From Malacoraja senta (Eukaryota), in NCBI GenBank assembly GCA_038087875.1, contig CM075994.1:2544001-2608000 (forward strand): a stretch of DNA of 64,000 bases, given 5' to 3'. The position numbers and the translations under genes were made by a program. Positions 1-13,279 of this stretch are shown here, piece by piece. The stretch's first letter is position 1. The number at the start of each line of letters is the position of its first letter. A model generated the notes under the pieces. That model was given only the letters and a program-made list of their open reading frames with translations, ran no database searches and was not told where the DNA came from.

Positions 1-1530
1 GGACTAATGCACGTAAGGCTGCTGGCCCCGCCGGCATCCCCGGGCGCGTCCTCAGGGCCTGTGCTGCGCAGCTGACAGACGTCTGGACTGACATCTTCAA
101 CCTGTCACTTGCCCAAGCAGTTGTGCCCACGTGCCTTAAATCCACCTCCATCGTGCCGGTGCCAAAACACTCCACTGCGGCAAGCCTCAACGACTTCCGC
201 CCAGTTGCACTTACTCCCATCATCGCCAAGTGCTTCGAGAGGCTGGTCCTGGCACACCTCAAAGGCTGCCTACCCCCCACATTGGATTCCTATCAGTTTG
301 CCTACCGCAAGAACAGGAATACGGAGGATGCCATCTCAACGGCACTTCACTCCGCCCTCTCCCACCTCGACAACAGAGACACTTACGTAAGAATGCTGTT
401 CATCGATTACAGCTCAGCATTCAACACCATCATACCCTCTAAACTGATCACCAAACTCGGTGACCTGGGCATCGACCCCTCCCTCTGCTGGATACTGGAC
501 TTTCTAACCAACAGACCCCAGTCTGTTAGGTTAGACAAGCACACCTCTTCAACCCTCACCCTGAACACCGGCGTTCCACAGGGCTGTGTGCTGAGCCCCC
601 TCCTCTACTCCTTCTTCACCTACGACTGTACACCTGTACATGGTACTAACACCATCATCAAGTATGCAGATGATACAACGGTGATTGGCCTCATCAGCAA
701 CAACGATGAGTCGGCCTATAGGGAGGAGGTCCAGCTCCTAAGCAGCATGGTGCGCTGACAACAACCTGGTCCTTAACTCCAAGAAGACCAAGGAGCTCAT
801 TGTAGACTTCAGGAAGTCTAGGGGCGGCACGTACACCCCCATCCACATTAACGGGACGGAGGTGGAACGTGTTTCCAGCTTCAGGTTCCTGGGGGTCAAC
901 ATCTCCGATGACCTCTCTTGGACCCACAATACCTCAACTCTGGTCAAGAAGGCTCATCAGCGTCTTTTCTTCCTGAGGAGACTAAAGAAGGTCCATCTGT
1001 CTCCTCAGATTCTGGTGAACTTCTACCGCTGCACCATCGAGAGCATCCTTACCAACTGCATCACAGTATGGTATGGCAACTGCTCTGTCTCCGACCGGAA
1101 AGCACTGCAGAGGGTGGTGAAAATTGCCCAACGCATCACCGGTTCCTCACTCCCCACCATTGAGTCTGTCCAAAGCAAGCGTTGTCTGCGAAGGGCGCTC
1201 AGCATCGCCAAGGACTGCTCTCACCCCAACCACAGACTGTTTACCCTCCTACCATCCGGGAGGAACTACAGGTCTCTCCGTTGCCGGACCAGCAGGTCCA
1301 GGAACAGCTTCTTCCCTGCGGCTGTTACACTACTCAACACTGTACCTCGGTGACTGCCAATCACCCCCCTCCCCCCCCCCCGGACACTCCTCCCACCAGG
1401 ATTTATTAGATTTATTTATTTACTGCTCATATTTATGTCGCTCTTCTAGGGAGATGCTAACTGCATTTCGTTGTCTCTGTACTGTACACTGCACAATGAC
1501 AATAAAGTTGAATCTGAATCTGAATCTGAA
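1..1530 (+). mobile_element. Rex1/Babar-clade LINE, 3' part (RT, frameshift near 740), runs off left edge
   Basis: ORFs 123-758 and 862-1353 carry RT motifs [20 protein letters not shown] and KYADD. Ends in AATAAA plus a (GAATCT)n tail at about 1500-1530. Confidence 0.9.
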
Positions 1531-1608
1531 AAGAGCAGGTGCTCCAGAGAGACCCATTGTTCTCTATTGTATTATTATTTAACAGGCTCAGCCGCAGATG
1601 CCATTTAC

Positions 1609-1660
1609 CTTATTATTAGAACAATAAATGTTAGCCCAGTCAAAAATTTCAGGCGGAGAT
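1609..1660 (-). CDS. TMEM181: TMEM181 coding exon 13 (DLRLKFLTGLTFIVLII); gene continues beyond left edge
   Basis: Acceptor tttcag, donor gtaaat. Phase 1 in, phase 2 out. Resembles recalled vertebrate TMEM181 DLRLKFLTALTFVVLVIS. Confidence 0.9.
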
Positions 1661-1974
1661 CTGAAATAAAAAATACAAACATAGAGTTATTTGTACAGTA
1701 TATATCAGATATATACATTGAACATAGAATAATGGCCCTTCGGTCCACAATGTTCATGCCAAATATGATGTCAAGTTAAACTAATCTCCTCTGCCTGTAA
1801 GTAATCCATATCCCACCATTCCCTGGATATCCATGTGCCTATCTAAAAGCTTCTTAAATGCCTCTGTCATATCTGCCTCCACCACTATCGCTAGCAGCGC
1901 ATGCCATGAACTGTGGGAAAAAAAACTTGCCCCACACATCTGCTTTGAACTTTGCTCCTCTCACATTACAGCTA

Positions 1975-2680
1975 TAGATACATAGATACATAGAAAATAG
2001 GTGCAGGAGTAGGCCATTCGGCCCTTCGAGCCTGCACCGCCATTCAATATGATCATGGCTGATCATCCAACTCAGTATCCCGTACCTGCCTTCTCTCCAT
2101 ACCCCCTGATCCCGTTAGCCACAAGGGCCACATCTAACTCCCTCTTAAATATAGCCAATGAACTGGCCTCAACTACCCTATGTGGCAGAGAGTTCCAGAG
2201 ATTCACCACTCTCTGTGTGAAAAAGTTTTTCCTCATCTCGGTCTTAAAGGATTTCCCCCTTATCCTTAAGCTGTGACCCCTTGTCCTGGACTTCCCCAAC
2301 ATCGGGAACAATCTTCCTGCATCTAGCCAGTCCAACCCCATAAGAATTTTGTACGTTTCTATAAGATCCCCTCTCAATCTCCTAAATTCTAGCGAGTATA
2401 AGCCAAGTCTATCCAGTCTTTCTTCATATGAAAGTCCTGACATCCCAGGAATCAGTCTGGTGAACCTTCTCTGCACTCCCTCTATGGCTATAATGTCCTT
2501 CCTCAGATTTGGAGACCAAAACTGTACGCAATACTCCAGGTGTGGTCTCACCAAGACCCTGTACAACTGCAGTAGAACCTCCCTGCTCCTATACTCAAAT
2601 CCTTTTGCTATGAAAGCTAACATACCATTCGCTTTCTTCACTGCCTGCTGCACCTGCATGCCTACTTTCAATGACTGGTG
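1975..2680 (-). mobile_element. Young 5'-truncated CR1 LINE inserted in an older CR1 remnant (about 1720-2920)
   Basis: ORF 2072-2692 has LVRPHLEYCVQFWSP and RRLRGDLIETYKI. CTAT-type microsatellite tail at about 1975-1995. Very similar to the 3' part of the copy ending at 38685. Confidence 0.9.
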
Positions 2681-3970
2681 GCCTCTAGTCATTGATAGTC
2701 AATGCCCTCCAGTCATTGATATTTCCACCCTGGGAAAAAGGTTCTGACTATCTATCCTCTCTATCCTCTCTATTCCATTCATAATATTCTATACTTTTAT
2801 CAGGTCTACCCTCATCCTCTGATATTTCAGAGAAAACAATTCAAGTTTGCTCAACCTCTCCTCACAGCTAATACCTTCTCATCTAGGCAGCATTCTGGTA
2901 AACCTCATCTGCATCTCCATTGGAATGGATGATACAAAACTAAGAAACTTAAAAGAAGATTCAATAACTAACACCAGGTAATGTGCAATAAGTAAATCTC
3001 TTTCGCATACATTTCCTTTACTAAAGTGGAGTTAAAACGTATAGTAAAGCTGCTTTTCAACCAACTCCCTGCCCACTTTTCAGTGAGCATTTTTAGGATG
3101 AACATAGTCTTGGACTGCCAAACATCCTGTTTGCAACATCTAGTTTCCTAGTGAATGTTTCTAATCTAGGAAACATACACCATTTTTTTGTCTCTACCCC
3201 CACCTCTTTTCAGCTTTCTCCCCCCGTCGAAAATCAGTCTGAAGAAGGGTCCTAACCCAAAATGTCGCCTGTTCGACCCCTTCGGAGATGCTGCCTGACC
3301 TCCTGAGTTCCTCCAGCACTGTGTTATGCTCAAAATTCCACTAACTAGTCCTTTGTGGCTTCACCTTAATACTTATGTTGCAAATAGTGTTTCTCCCCCA
3401 GTGATGCCATTACCCTCGCCCAGTGGCATCTGGAAATTTAGCCCACCTTGCTCAGGAGTGACATGAAGGAAATAACAAGAATAAGTGGAGGATGGAGCAA
3501 TGTAGGAATAATAAAGTTTGCAGAGAAAGCAAATAAAAGATACTGCAACTTTTGAAAATATGAAACAAAACACTAGAATTTTTTTAGCAGTTCAGGCAGC
3601 ATCTGTGGAAAGAAAAACAGACTTAATGTTTCAAGTTAGAATTGGGAAGGAGAGATCAGCAAGGTAAACTTAAATTGCAGTGAATGTGGCAATATGAATG
3701 GATAAGGTTAAAAAGATATCTTTGGTCAACAGGGCACAAAATGCTGAAGTAACTCAGCAGGTCAAGCAGCATCTCTGGAGAAAAGGAATAGGTGACGCTT
3801 TTGGTTGGAACATTTCTTCAGACTCTTTATTAGGGGGCGAAGTTGGTATAGGGAAGATGGGCCAAAGGACCCTTTACCGTCCTGACACTTTCAACCAGGC
3901 CCAATTTGTCATTTGAACTGAATATTCTCGATAAGATATATTGATTCATGCAGCGATAAATTTCACTCAC

Positions 3971-4073
3971 CAAAGTATGGCATATTTTTCAGTTCAGAGC
4001 ATGCCCTCACAATCAGGAAAACCAGATATAGTATATAGACAGAACCAACTATCAAAAAGAAAATCTTCATTCC
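3971..4073 (-). CDS. TMEM181: TMEM181 coding exon 12 (GMKIFFLIVGSVYILYLVFLIVRACSELKNMPYF)
   Basis: Acceptor ttgtag, donor gtgagt. 103 nt, phase 0 to 1. Confidence 0.93.
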
Positions 4074-4684
4074 CTACAAAAGAAAATAATTAAATAAATT
4101 AAATTCCTTAATATAACAATGCAAAGAGGAATCTACAACAGAATGCTTAAATGGCAAATGACCAATACAAGAAAACAAAGTTGCATTTTTGTAGCAGCTG
4201 ATTTATTGTTCTCAGGCTGTTTGCAAAGCTCTTGCTGACCATACTACAAAGTTAACCTGAACCCTTGCTTTACACACACCAAGGTCCATAAACAGTGAGG
4301 TGATAATCCATTTCGAGTGGTACTAATCCAGTGAAGGTTTTGCCCAAGACACAAAATAAAACTCTTAGACTTTTCAAATAGGTTGCAGGGCTTCAACAGT
4401 CTCAGCTGAAGGACAGTACTTCTCCAAATATCGTATAGTCGAGGTTAGACGTGAAAATCTAGATAGAGGGGAAGGTAATTGAGCCTAGATGGTATGACAT
4501 TACATTAAATAAAAAAAATTAATGACAATCAAATGCATCGGAAGCAAGTGACGTTACAAACAAATAAGCATTCTATTACTAGCTGGTTAAAGGCATTGAT
4601 CTTTTCTCGAGCATCTTTGTGATGTCTTGCGTTATGTAAGGACAAAATCAGAAGTAATGCAGCAATTCATTTTGCCAATAGTTG

Positions 4685-4960
4685 AGTTTAGATTAGAGAT
4701 AGAGCGTGGAAACAGGTCCTTCGGTGCTGACCAACGATCACCCCGTACATTAGATCCATCCTACACATTAGAGACAATTTACAGAAGCCAATTAACCAAC
4801 AAACTTGCATGCCTTTGGAATGTGGGAGGAAACCGGAGCACCACGCGGTTACAGGCAGAACGTATAAACACCATAAAGACAGCACCCATAGTCAAGATTA
4901 AACCCAAATCTCTGGCACTGCAAGGCAGCAACTCTACCGCTACGCCATTGTTCCACCCTA
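4685..4960 (-). mobile_element. tRNA-derived V-SINE (HE1-like)
   Basis: Reverse complement has a tRNA-like head (ggcgtagcggtagagttgctgcc) and a V-domain-like core (ggtttcctcccacattccaaag). Other copies at about 5460-5735(-), 35190-35385(-), 39765-40040(-), 44120-44415(-), 46485-46630(+) and 53680-53940(+). Confidence 0.75.
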
Positions 4961-5228
4961 ATAGAATTGTATCAGTTGTGTGCTTCATATAAACAATGGG
5001 AAAACAAAATGCTGATTAGTTCAAATCCTACCAGCAATTCAATTCATACCTTTTTAGAGTTTGAACCTCAATTAGCTGTTATTGTTGAGAGCTTGCAGAT
5101 TTGTTCCATTAAAAATATTTTAAAAATAAGGCTACAGAAATTAATCCAAAGCAGTATGCATTCTCACACCAACAGAAAGCTTCCAGAATCTTTAAACAGT
5201 CAGCAAACAGAACAATTAAAGTACGAAG

Positions 5229-5310
5229 GTAGACAAAAATGCTGGAGAAACTCAGCGGGTGAGCATTTTTGTCTACCTTAGATTTTTCCAGCATCTGCAG
5301 TTCTTTCTTA
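5229..5310. mobile_element. Very short self-complementary Penelope-derived insertion with TSD
   Basis: Arms gtagacaaaaatgct and agcatttttgtctac. Flanked by the 18-bp direct repeat aaca(a/g)ttaaagtacgaag at 5211-5228 and 5311-5328. Confidence 0.75.
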
Positions 5311-5831
5311 AACAGTTAAAGTACGAAGACCATTTCAGTATTCGCATGTGTTGCTTTTAACAAACTGTTGGTTTTTGCAAGCAAATAAAAAACAATTTAG
5401 CAGTCTTGGACCAGTCAATACACTCATTACTCTAATAAAATCTACTCTCTTGAAGACATATTGATTGAAATAAACAGCATGAAACAGGCCCTTTGGTCAA
5501 CGCTGACCATAGATCACCGGTCCATACTAGTTCTACATTGTCCCACTTTCACATCTACTTCCCACACCACAGGAACAATTTACAGAGGCCATTTAACCTA
5601 CAAACCTGTACATCTTAGCGATGTGGGAGGAAACCCTTTTGGTCACAATGAGAATACACTAACTCCACACGGACAGCATCTGAGGTAAGGATCAAGCCTG
5701 GGTCTCTGGCCATGAGAGACAGTAGCTCTATCAGGTTGTGTTTTTATAGCACCTGATTATTAGTACATATATTATTCGGAGTAATTATTTAAGCTACATT
5801 CACAAGCTTTCAAGACTCAAGAATTCCTCAC

Positions 5832-5889
5832 CTGGAAGTTGCTTGTGTCCACTCTGTATTGATATGTTGGGTCATGTAATTCATTAACC
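5832..5889 (-). CDS. TMEM181: TMEM181 coding exon 11 (VNELHDPTYQYRVDTSNFQ)
   Basis: Acceptor tttcag, donor gtgagg. 58 nt, phase 2 to 0, which matches the end of exon 10. Confidence 0.93.
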
Positions 5890-6230
5890 CTGAAATGGTT
5901 CCAAAGAATGGTTAAAATTAAAAGGGAAAACTGCAAATACTGAAAAGATGAGAAAAAGCAAAACAATTAAATCAGTAGCTGTAAAGAAGAAAGAGAAGTT
6001 GCAGTGATTTACTCCGAGTTAGATGACTGAACCTAGAGCTTTACATTGGACTGGATCACCTGATGGTGACTGACAGCTCCAGAGGGAACGATCAAGAATA
6101 TGTTCTGGACAATTGGCCAGCATGTCACAGCATGAAAGTATGGAACACACTGGACCCCAGGTATCTGAATTGGAAAGAAAAGGAATAGCTACCATGGTTT
6201 TGTGCGTTGGAGATTGTGCCTCATAAACTT

Positions 6231-9200
6231 TTTTATTTTTTTATTTTTATTTTATTTATTAGAAGTACATTACATTACAACAAATTACATTAGTACTCAT
6301 CACGTGTATCTTATTACAATTAATGTACTCCATCATTTTAAAAAACTAATAAAGAGAGAAGGTTGAAATTAAGAAAAAAGAGAAAGTGAGGGAAAATAGT
6401 GAAAGTGTAAAAACGTGTCAACAGGAAAGAACAGAGACCCTGTAGAAAAGAGATTGAAAAGAAAAGATTAAGAAATAGAAAAATCTCTTTACAAGAAAAA
6501 AAAGAGAAAGAAGAGAAAAGAGAAGCACAAGTACTTTATTATGAACATCTCGCAAATGGGATATACCAACTCACCACCTTTCATCCCCCTTACCTGACAT
6601 CGGTACTTTTTAAAGTACTTTTGCACCTTATGCTTGTAATAGTTCTATAAATGCAGACCACGTCAGATGGAAGTGATCTGATTTGCCTGCCAGGAGGAGT
6701 CTTATCTCTTCTAAGTGTAATGTTTCAAACATATTTGAAATCCACATGTTTATAGTTGGTATTGGGGCATTTTTCCAGAATTTTAGGATAAGCTTTTTTC
6801 CAGTTATTAACCCGTAATCAATTAATTTCTTTTGAAACACAATTAGTTCAGGGCTATCTTCCGTTGTTCTGAAGATAATCCATTCTGCTTTTGGTGTGTT
6901 TTATTTTAAATAATATTGTAAAGATTTCAAAAATTTCAATCCAAAATGTTTGGATTTTTGTACAAAAAACAAATGAGTGCACTATAGTAGCTTCTTGAGA
7001 TTGACATTTATCGCAAATAGATGATACATTAAAGTGTGTCTTACATTAATCGAGCATTTATGCACGTTTAATAAATGTTCATTCCACCTTTCCTTTGAAA
7101 TTTTAATAGCTAATTCTTGTTCCCAGTCTCTTCTAATACCTTCCGTAGATGGTATTTCTACATTTAAGTTAATATTATACAAATACGATATTAAGTTTGC
7201 CGTTTCAGCTTTTATCTGCATTGCTTCGCCCAGTACATCTGCTGGGATATTATAATGGTCTTTTGTATATTTTTTCATAGTCACATATTTGAAAATATTT
7301 AAAATATTGATTATTTCCCAGTTTATATTTTATTTGTAATTGTTGGAATGATAGTAATTTTCCAGTTTCATACAAGTCTCCGAATGTTTTAATTCCTAGT
7401 CTATCCCATTGTATAAATGATTTGTCTGTAATAGAAGGATTAAACGAAGGGTTATTAACTATTGGAGATAAAAGCGATAGATTTCTTAATTTTAAATTTT
7501 GTTTTATTTGTTTCCAAGTTCTAATTGTACTATGTATAATTGGGTTTTTGTTATAATTTATGTTATTCAGTTTCATTGGTGAGAGGAGGATCACTCCAAT
7601 ATTACAAGAGGAGCAGTCCTCTCTCTCCATTACAATCCAGTCCACTTGCTGGGCAGAGTTGTCCATCAGTTGAATCATATTTTTAATATTTACTGACCAA
7701 TACTAATACATAAAGTTAGGGAGTGCTAAGCCCCCTAATACTTTAGCTTTGTTCAAGTGTGTTCTTTGTATTCTATGGGATTTATAATCCCATATAAAAT
7801 TAGTAATGTCTGAATCCAATTTTTTTTTTTTTTAAATATTTTTATTTTATTAGAAGTACAATTGTATACAATCATATTTTCATAATACATTTTATGTACA
7901 GCTTCTTATTTTTTTATTATAATAAAGAAGAAAAAGAAAAAGAAATTAGATAATGAAGTATAGAAAAATATGAGATATATAGTGTGTGGAAAAGAAAAAT
8001 AGAAAGTGAAAGAAGAAAGCTAAAGAATAGAAAATAGGAAAAAGAGAATAAAGGGAAGAAAAAGAAAAAAGAAGTAAGGAGATCTTATTTATAATCTTGA
8101 CCATCCCTCGCCCAGTCACGAGACAGTTAGGTTTTACAATTGTGTTGCACCATATGATTCCAAAAAGACGACAAATGGAGACCAACTCGTTATGAATTGG
8201 TCAAATTTATCTATTAGGAGGAATCGCATTTCCTCAAGATGTGCGGTGTCCAACATACTTGCAATCCACATTTTGAGCGTTGGTATTGGTGTATTTTTCC
8301 AAAACTTAAGTATTAATTTTTTTGCTATTATTAAACCATAATTAAAAAATAATTTTTGAGATGGATTCAATTTATTCCCATCTTCCATTACCCCAAATAT
8401 AATTAATTCGTTATTAGGTTCCATTTTAATCTTAAATAATTTTGTGAATATTTCGAAAATATCACTCCAAAATCTATAAAGTTTTATACAGGAAACAAAA
8501 GAGTGTGTTATAGTTGCATCTTGGGTTAAACATTTATCGCAAGTGGGGGATATATTTGGGTAGAATTTATTTAATCTTGTTTTTGAGTAATATAATCTAT
8601 GTAAAATTTTTAATTGAATTAGATTATGTCTTGCATTAATCGAACATTTGTGAATGTATGTCAAATACTTTTCCCATGTAACCTTCGTAATTTTTTTAAT
8701 CATTAATTCCCGTTCCCACTCTTCTCTAAGTACCTCTGTCGCTGGTAAATCTATATTTAAAATACTATTATATAAATATGATATTAATTTTTGTGTATCA
8801 GCTTTGATATTCATTGCTTCTTCCAAAAAATCAGGAGTTATTTTTTGATATCCTTGTATGTATGTCTTCAAGAAATTGCAAATCTGAAGATATTTAGAAT
8901 ACAATTAAAAAAAAACTTCTTTGGTAGATATATAGGAATTGATTGAAATAGGTCTAGAATTTGTGGTAAAATGATCATTTTTATTGCATTTATTCGACCT
9001 ATTAAAGACATCAGAAGCGTTTTCCAAAATTTAATTAATGTATTTAATTTATTAAGTAGAGGATTATAATTTGCTTTGAACATGCCTTGATATGTTCTGG
9101 TAATTTCAATACCCAAGTATTTAAATTTTTCTGTAGCTAATTTAAAAGGGAATTTTAAGAGATGTGTTGAGTCTTTTGGTTTTATTGACATAATTTCACT

Positions 9201-10140
9201 TTTATTCCAATTTATTCTGTATCCAGAAAAGGATCCAAAGTCCTCAATTAGATTTAGTATATTTGGTATGGTAATTTGAGGTGTTGTGATGTACAATAAT
9301 ATATCATCCGCGTATAAAGATATTTTATTATTTGAATATTTAGTGTTATAGCCATGGATATCTGGATGTGTTCTAATTTTTTCTGCTAAAGGTTCAATTA
9401 TAAGAGCAAATAACTGCGGTGATAATGAGCATCCTTGTCTGTTACCCCTTGATAGATGGAATTTCGAAGATAATATGTTATTAGTTAATATTCTAGCTGT
9501 AGGCTTATTATATAATAATTTAATCCATAAAATAAAATTCTCTCCCAATTGGAATTTTTGTAATACTTTATCTATATAATTCCATTCTACTTGATCAAAT
9601 GCTTTTTCAGCGTCCAACGAAATAATTGATAATTCTTGTTCTTCAATTTTATGTGAGTGCATTATATTGAGTAGTCGTCTCATATTATTAGATGAATATC
9701 TCTTAGGGATAAACCCCGTCTGATCTGGGTTTATTAATTTACTAATATATTTACTTAATCTTCTAGCTAATGTTTTCGCTAATATTTTTTGATCTGTATT
9801 TAACAATGCTATAGCTTTATATGAACCCGGTTCTTCTATATCTTTATATTTTTTGAGCATTAGTGTGATCGTTGATTCAGCTAATGTATCAGGTAATATT
9901 TGTTCTTTAAAGGCATATTGATACATTTTTTGTAATCGTGGTATAATTTTGTCATAAAAACTTTTATAAAATTCATTAGTAAATCCGTCAGACCTGGAGT
10001 TTTTCCATTCTTTAATTAATTTATTGTGTCTTCTAATTCCTTGATTGAAATTTGTGCACCAATTCCTCTTGTTCCTTCAACTCTAACTTTGGAAGATTAC
10101 AGTTATCCAAGAACTCTGTAATTTTATTGGTGTCCATTGT
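6231..10140 (-). mobile_element. 5'-truncated L1-clade LINE (copy A), interrupted by L1 copy B and inserted in an old plus-strand CR1 (about 5990-11090)
   Basis: RT motifs SLDAEKAFD, GNRQGCSLSP and LYADD in ORF 8868-9926. A-rich tail at about 6231-6260. TSD ctcataaactt at 6220-6230 and 10141-10151. Confidence 0.88.
7820..8902 (-). mobile_element. 5'-truncated L1 (copy B) nested in L1 copy A
   Basis: ORF 8134-8904 is the L1 ORF2 C-terminal Cys-rich region (CDKC...HSFVSC). It has its own poly-A tail at about 7820. Removing it rejoins the copy A segments YLPKKFFF and LDSDITNFIWDY. Confidence 0.82.
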
Positions 10141-11810
10141 CTCATAAACTTGACTGACTTTTTTTAGAAAAAGTAACCATGAAGGGCGATGAGAGTGGGG
10201 CCATGGACATGGTCCATATGGACCAGCAAGGCCTTTGATAAGCTTCCATATGATTGGCTGCTCTGGGAGATTAGGTTGCATTGGATCCAGGGAGAGGTAG
10301 CTAACTGGACACAGAATTGACTTCATGATAGGAATCTGAAGGTGTTGGTGGAAGATTGTTTTACAGACCGGAGGGCCTGTGGAGTGCCTCGGGGATCGTT
10401 GCTGTTTGTCATCTCTATCAATGATTTGGATGAGAATGTGCAAGGCATAATCATTAACTTTACTGATGACACTAAAATAGGTGGTAGTGTAGACTGTAAG
10501 TTGGCTGTCAAGAATTACAGTGGGATCTTGATCAGCTGGGCCAGTGAGCTGAGTGGCAAATGGAGTTTAATTCAGATTAGTGTGAGGTGTTGCATTGTCG
10601 GAGGTCAAACCTGGACATGAAATTAACTGGACAGTGAGTAGTCGGACCCTGGTTGTTGTAGAGCAGAGGATCTAGGAGTACAAATACCTAGTTTCCTGAA
10701 AGTGGCATTGCAGGTAGACTGGGTGAAGTAGGCTGTTATGGGGATGATGCCAGGACTCGCAGTCTTGGGCTATAGGGAAAGATTGGGCTGGCTTTATTCC
10801 TTGGAGGGCAGGAGGCTGAGGGGTATTCTGAGGGAAATATATAAAATCTTGAAGGGATTAGATAAGGTAAATGCAGAGTATTTCTCCCAAGGTAAATGAA
10901 TCAAGAACAAGAGAGTTTAGGTGTAAGGTGAGAGGGTGAAAGGTTAAATAGGAACCAGAGATACTCTCTCCACACGGATGGTGGTGGGTACATGGAATTA
11001 GCTACCAGAGGATATTGTTGAAGTAGGTACAAATACAACACCTAAAAGATATTTGGACAGGTACATGGATAGGAAAGATTCAAAGGGCCAGCCAGTGATG
11101 AATTATGGAAGATTATTTACATTAGATTCAAGATTCAATTTAATTGTCACATGTACCAATTAAGGTACAATTGAAATTTGAGTTACATAGGCCAAATTAG
11201 TTACAATAACACAATTTTAATCGAGACCTTAAGAAATACTTCAAACTTACTTCGGAAATTGACAAGCAGAAAAAAACCTGCCCTGAATTTTAATAGTATA
11301 GGATACAAAAAAAATTGTTTCCATGTAATCTCCCGCAATAATCAGCCACCATTGTCTCTTAAGAACACAGCCTATCAGTTTCGTCAAGGGCGGCCATCAA
11401 AATTGTCAAACAATGGCTTTTATTGACATGTGTGCAATGATATTCATATCAATATTGCACACAGGCTTTAGTATTTTAAACTTGCAGTAAAAAATAACCT
11501 CATTGCTATTAAAAAGCCTTTATTCATAAAAATCCTGCAGGGAAAATAACTTTGTTATGAGAGTCTCAATTTTCTAAATCACTTCCTCAAACACTCGGAC
11601 TTGTGAAACATGATCTCCCCTGCACAAAACCATGCCGACTCCTCCCAATCTATATCCTGCTGCAAAACCACAATATCCTAATCACTGCATGTTCTTCCAT
11701 ATCTTTTTGTATCAGCAGCAAACTTGGAAACCTTGCATTTCATTCTCTCCTCCATGTTATTAATGTATATAGTAATCAAATGAGTGCCAAGAGCTGACCC
11801 CTAAGATTCC

Positions 11811-12164
11811 CTAAAAAGCCATTCCCAAAATGGGGGCAGAGAGCCGGGGGGAGGAGGGAGGGAGGGAGGGGAGAGAGCCCGGGGGGGGGGGGGGGGGGGA
11901 GAGGAGAAGGAGAGAGATAGTCCCGGGGGGGGGGGTGGGGGTGAGAGAGAAGAATTTTTGAACATTTTCATAAATAACTCGAGAAATAATGCATGGAATG
12001 TTCAAATAAAGCGTTTTTTGACATCATGGCGTAAATCTCTATCGGAATGTAGAAAAATTTCACCGTTAGCGCGTCAGTGTTTTTGAGATGTGAAACGCAC
12101 AAGAACACACACAACACACACACACACACATCCTAGATCAGAGTTTTATAAGTATTGAGAGAGA
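11811..12164 (-). mobile_element. 5' fragment of a non-autonomous Helitron-like element, opposite orientation to the array
   Basis: Reverse complement begins A|TCTCTCTCAATACTTATAAAACTCT followed by (TG)n. This is the same head motif as the plus-strand array. No 3' terminator recognised. Confidence 0.55.
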
Positions 12165-13279
12165 TATATATATATATATTATACATATTGAACTTTTTTT
12201 TCATTTATATTATTTATAGAATAATATATTTACATATTCTGTTGTGCTGCTGCAAGTAAGATTTTTATCGTTCTGTCTGGAACATCTATCTATCTATCTA
12301 TCTATCTATATCTATCTATCTATTATTATATAAAACTCTCTGGCTGTCGTCCGTCTGTACGTCTGTACTGTCTCCAACGTTCTGCTTGACGTCCCGCATT
12401 TGATACCGCCCCGCGCACGCGCGGGCGCGGCGGAAACGCCGATATTTTTTACCGTTTCTAAAGAGGTTACGTTTATCTTTACGAATAGACGATCTGATTA
12501 AATTTGTCGTGTTTACGTACGCTTTTTAAAATAAAATACCTCTCCCCCCCCCCAAAACCAAACATTTCAAAATGTTTAAAAAAAGAGCTCAGCCGTAGAA
12601 TGTTAGTAAAGATTCCGTTGTGTGATGTCACAATGCACAATGGTCACAGATGTCCAATCGGAATGGATCCATTTACATATGCCTTTGCGGCGACCCAAGC
12701 CCCGGCCCATCCCCCCCAACCCCCGCAGCATTGGGCATTGTGACATCACAAAACGGAACCTTCATTTACATTCTATTGCTGAGAGCTGTTTGTTTAACAT
12801 TTTGAAATGTCCCCAATCCCTATCACCCCCACACACGTGGCGACGCCCTGCGACACGTGTGACTAATCGAAATGAATCCGTTTACATATGCCTTAGCAGC
12901 AGCCCCAGCCCCAGCCCTTCCTCCCCCAACCCCGCAGCCTGTGATTACGTTTATCTTTACGAATAGACAACCCTGATTAAATTTGGTCGTTTTTATGTAC
13001 ACCTTTTAAAAATAAAATACTTCTCCCCCCCCCCACCCCCAAACATTTCAAAATGATTAAAAAAACAGCTCAGCCATAGAATGTTAGTAAAGATTCCGTT
13101 GTGTGAATGTCACAATGCCCGATGCTAACAGATGTCCAATGGGAATGGATTCATTTAGATATGCCTTGGCAGCAGCCCCCAGCCCCAGCCCCTCCCCCCC
13201 ACCCCCGCAGCCTGTGTCACGTGTGTGGCAATAGAGAAAGAGGATTGGGGGTGATAGGGAATGGGTAACAGATGGACTG

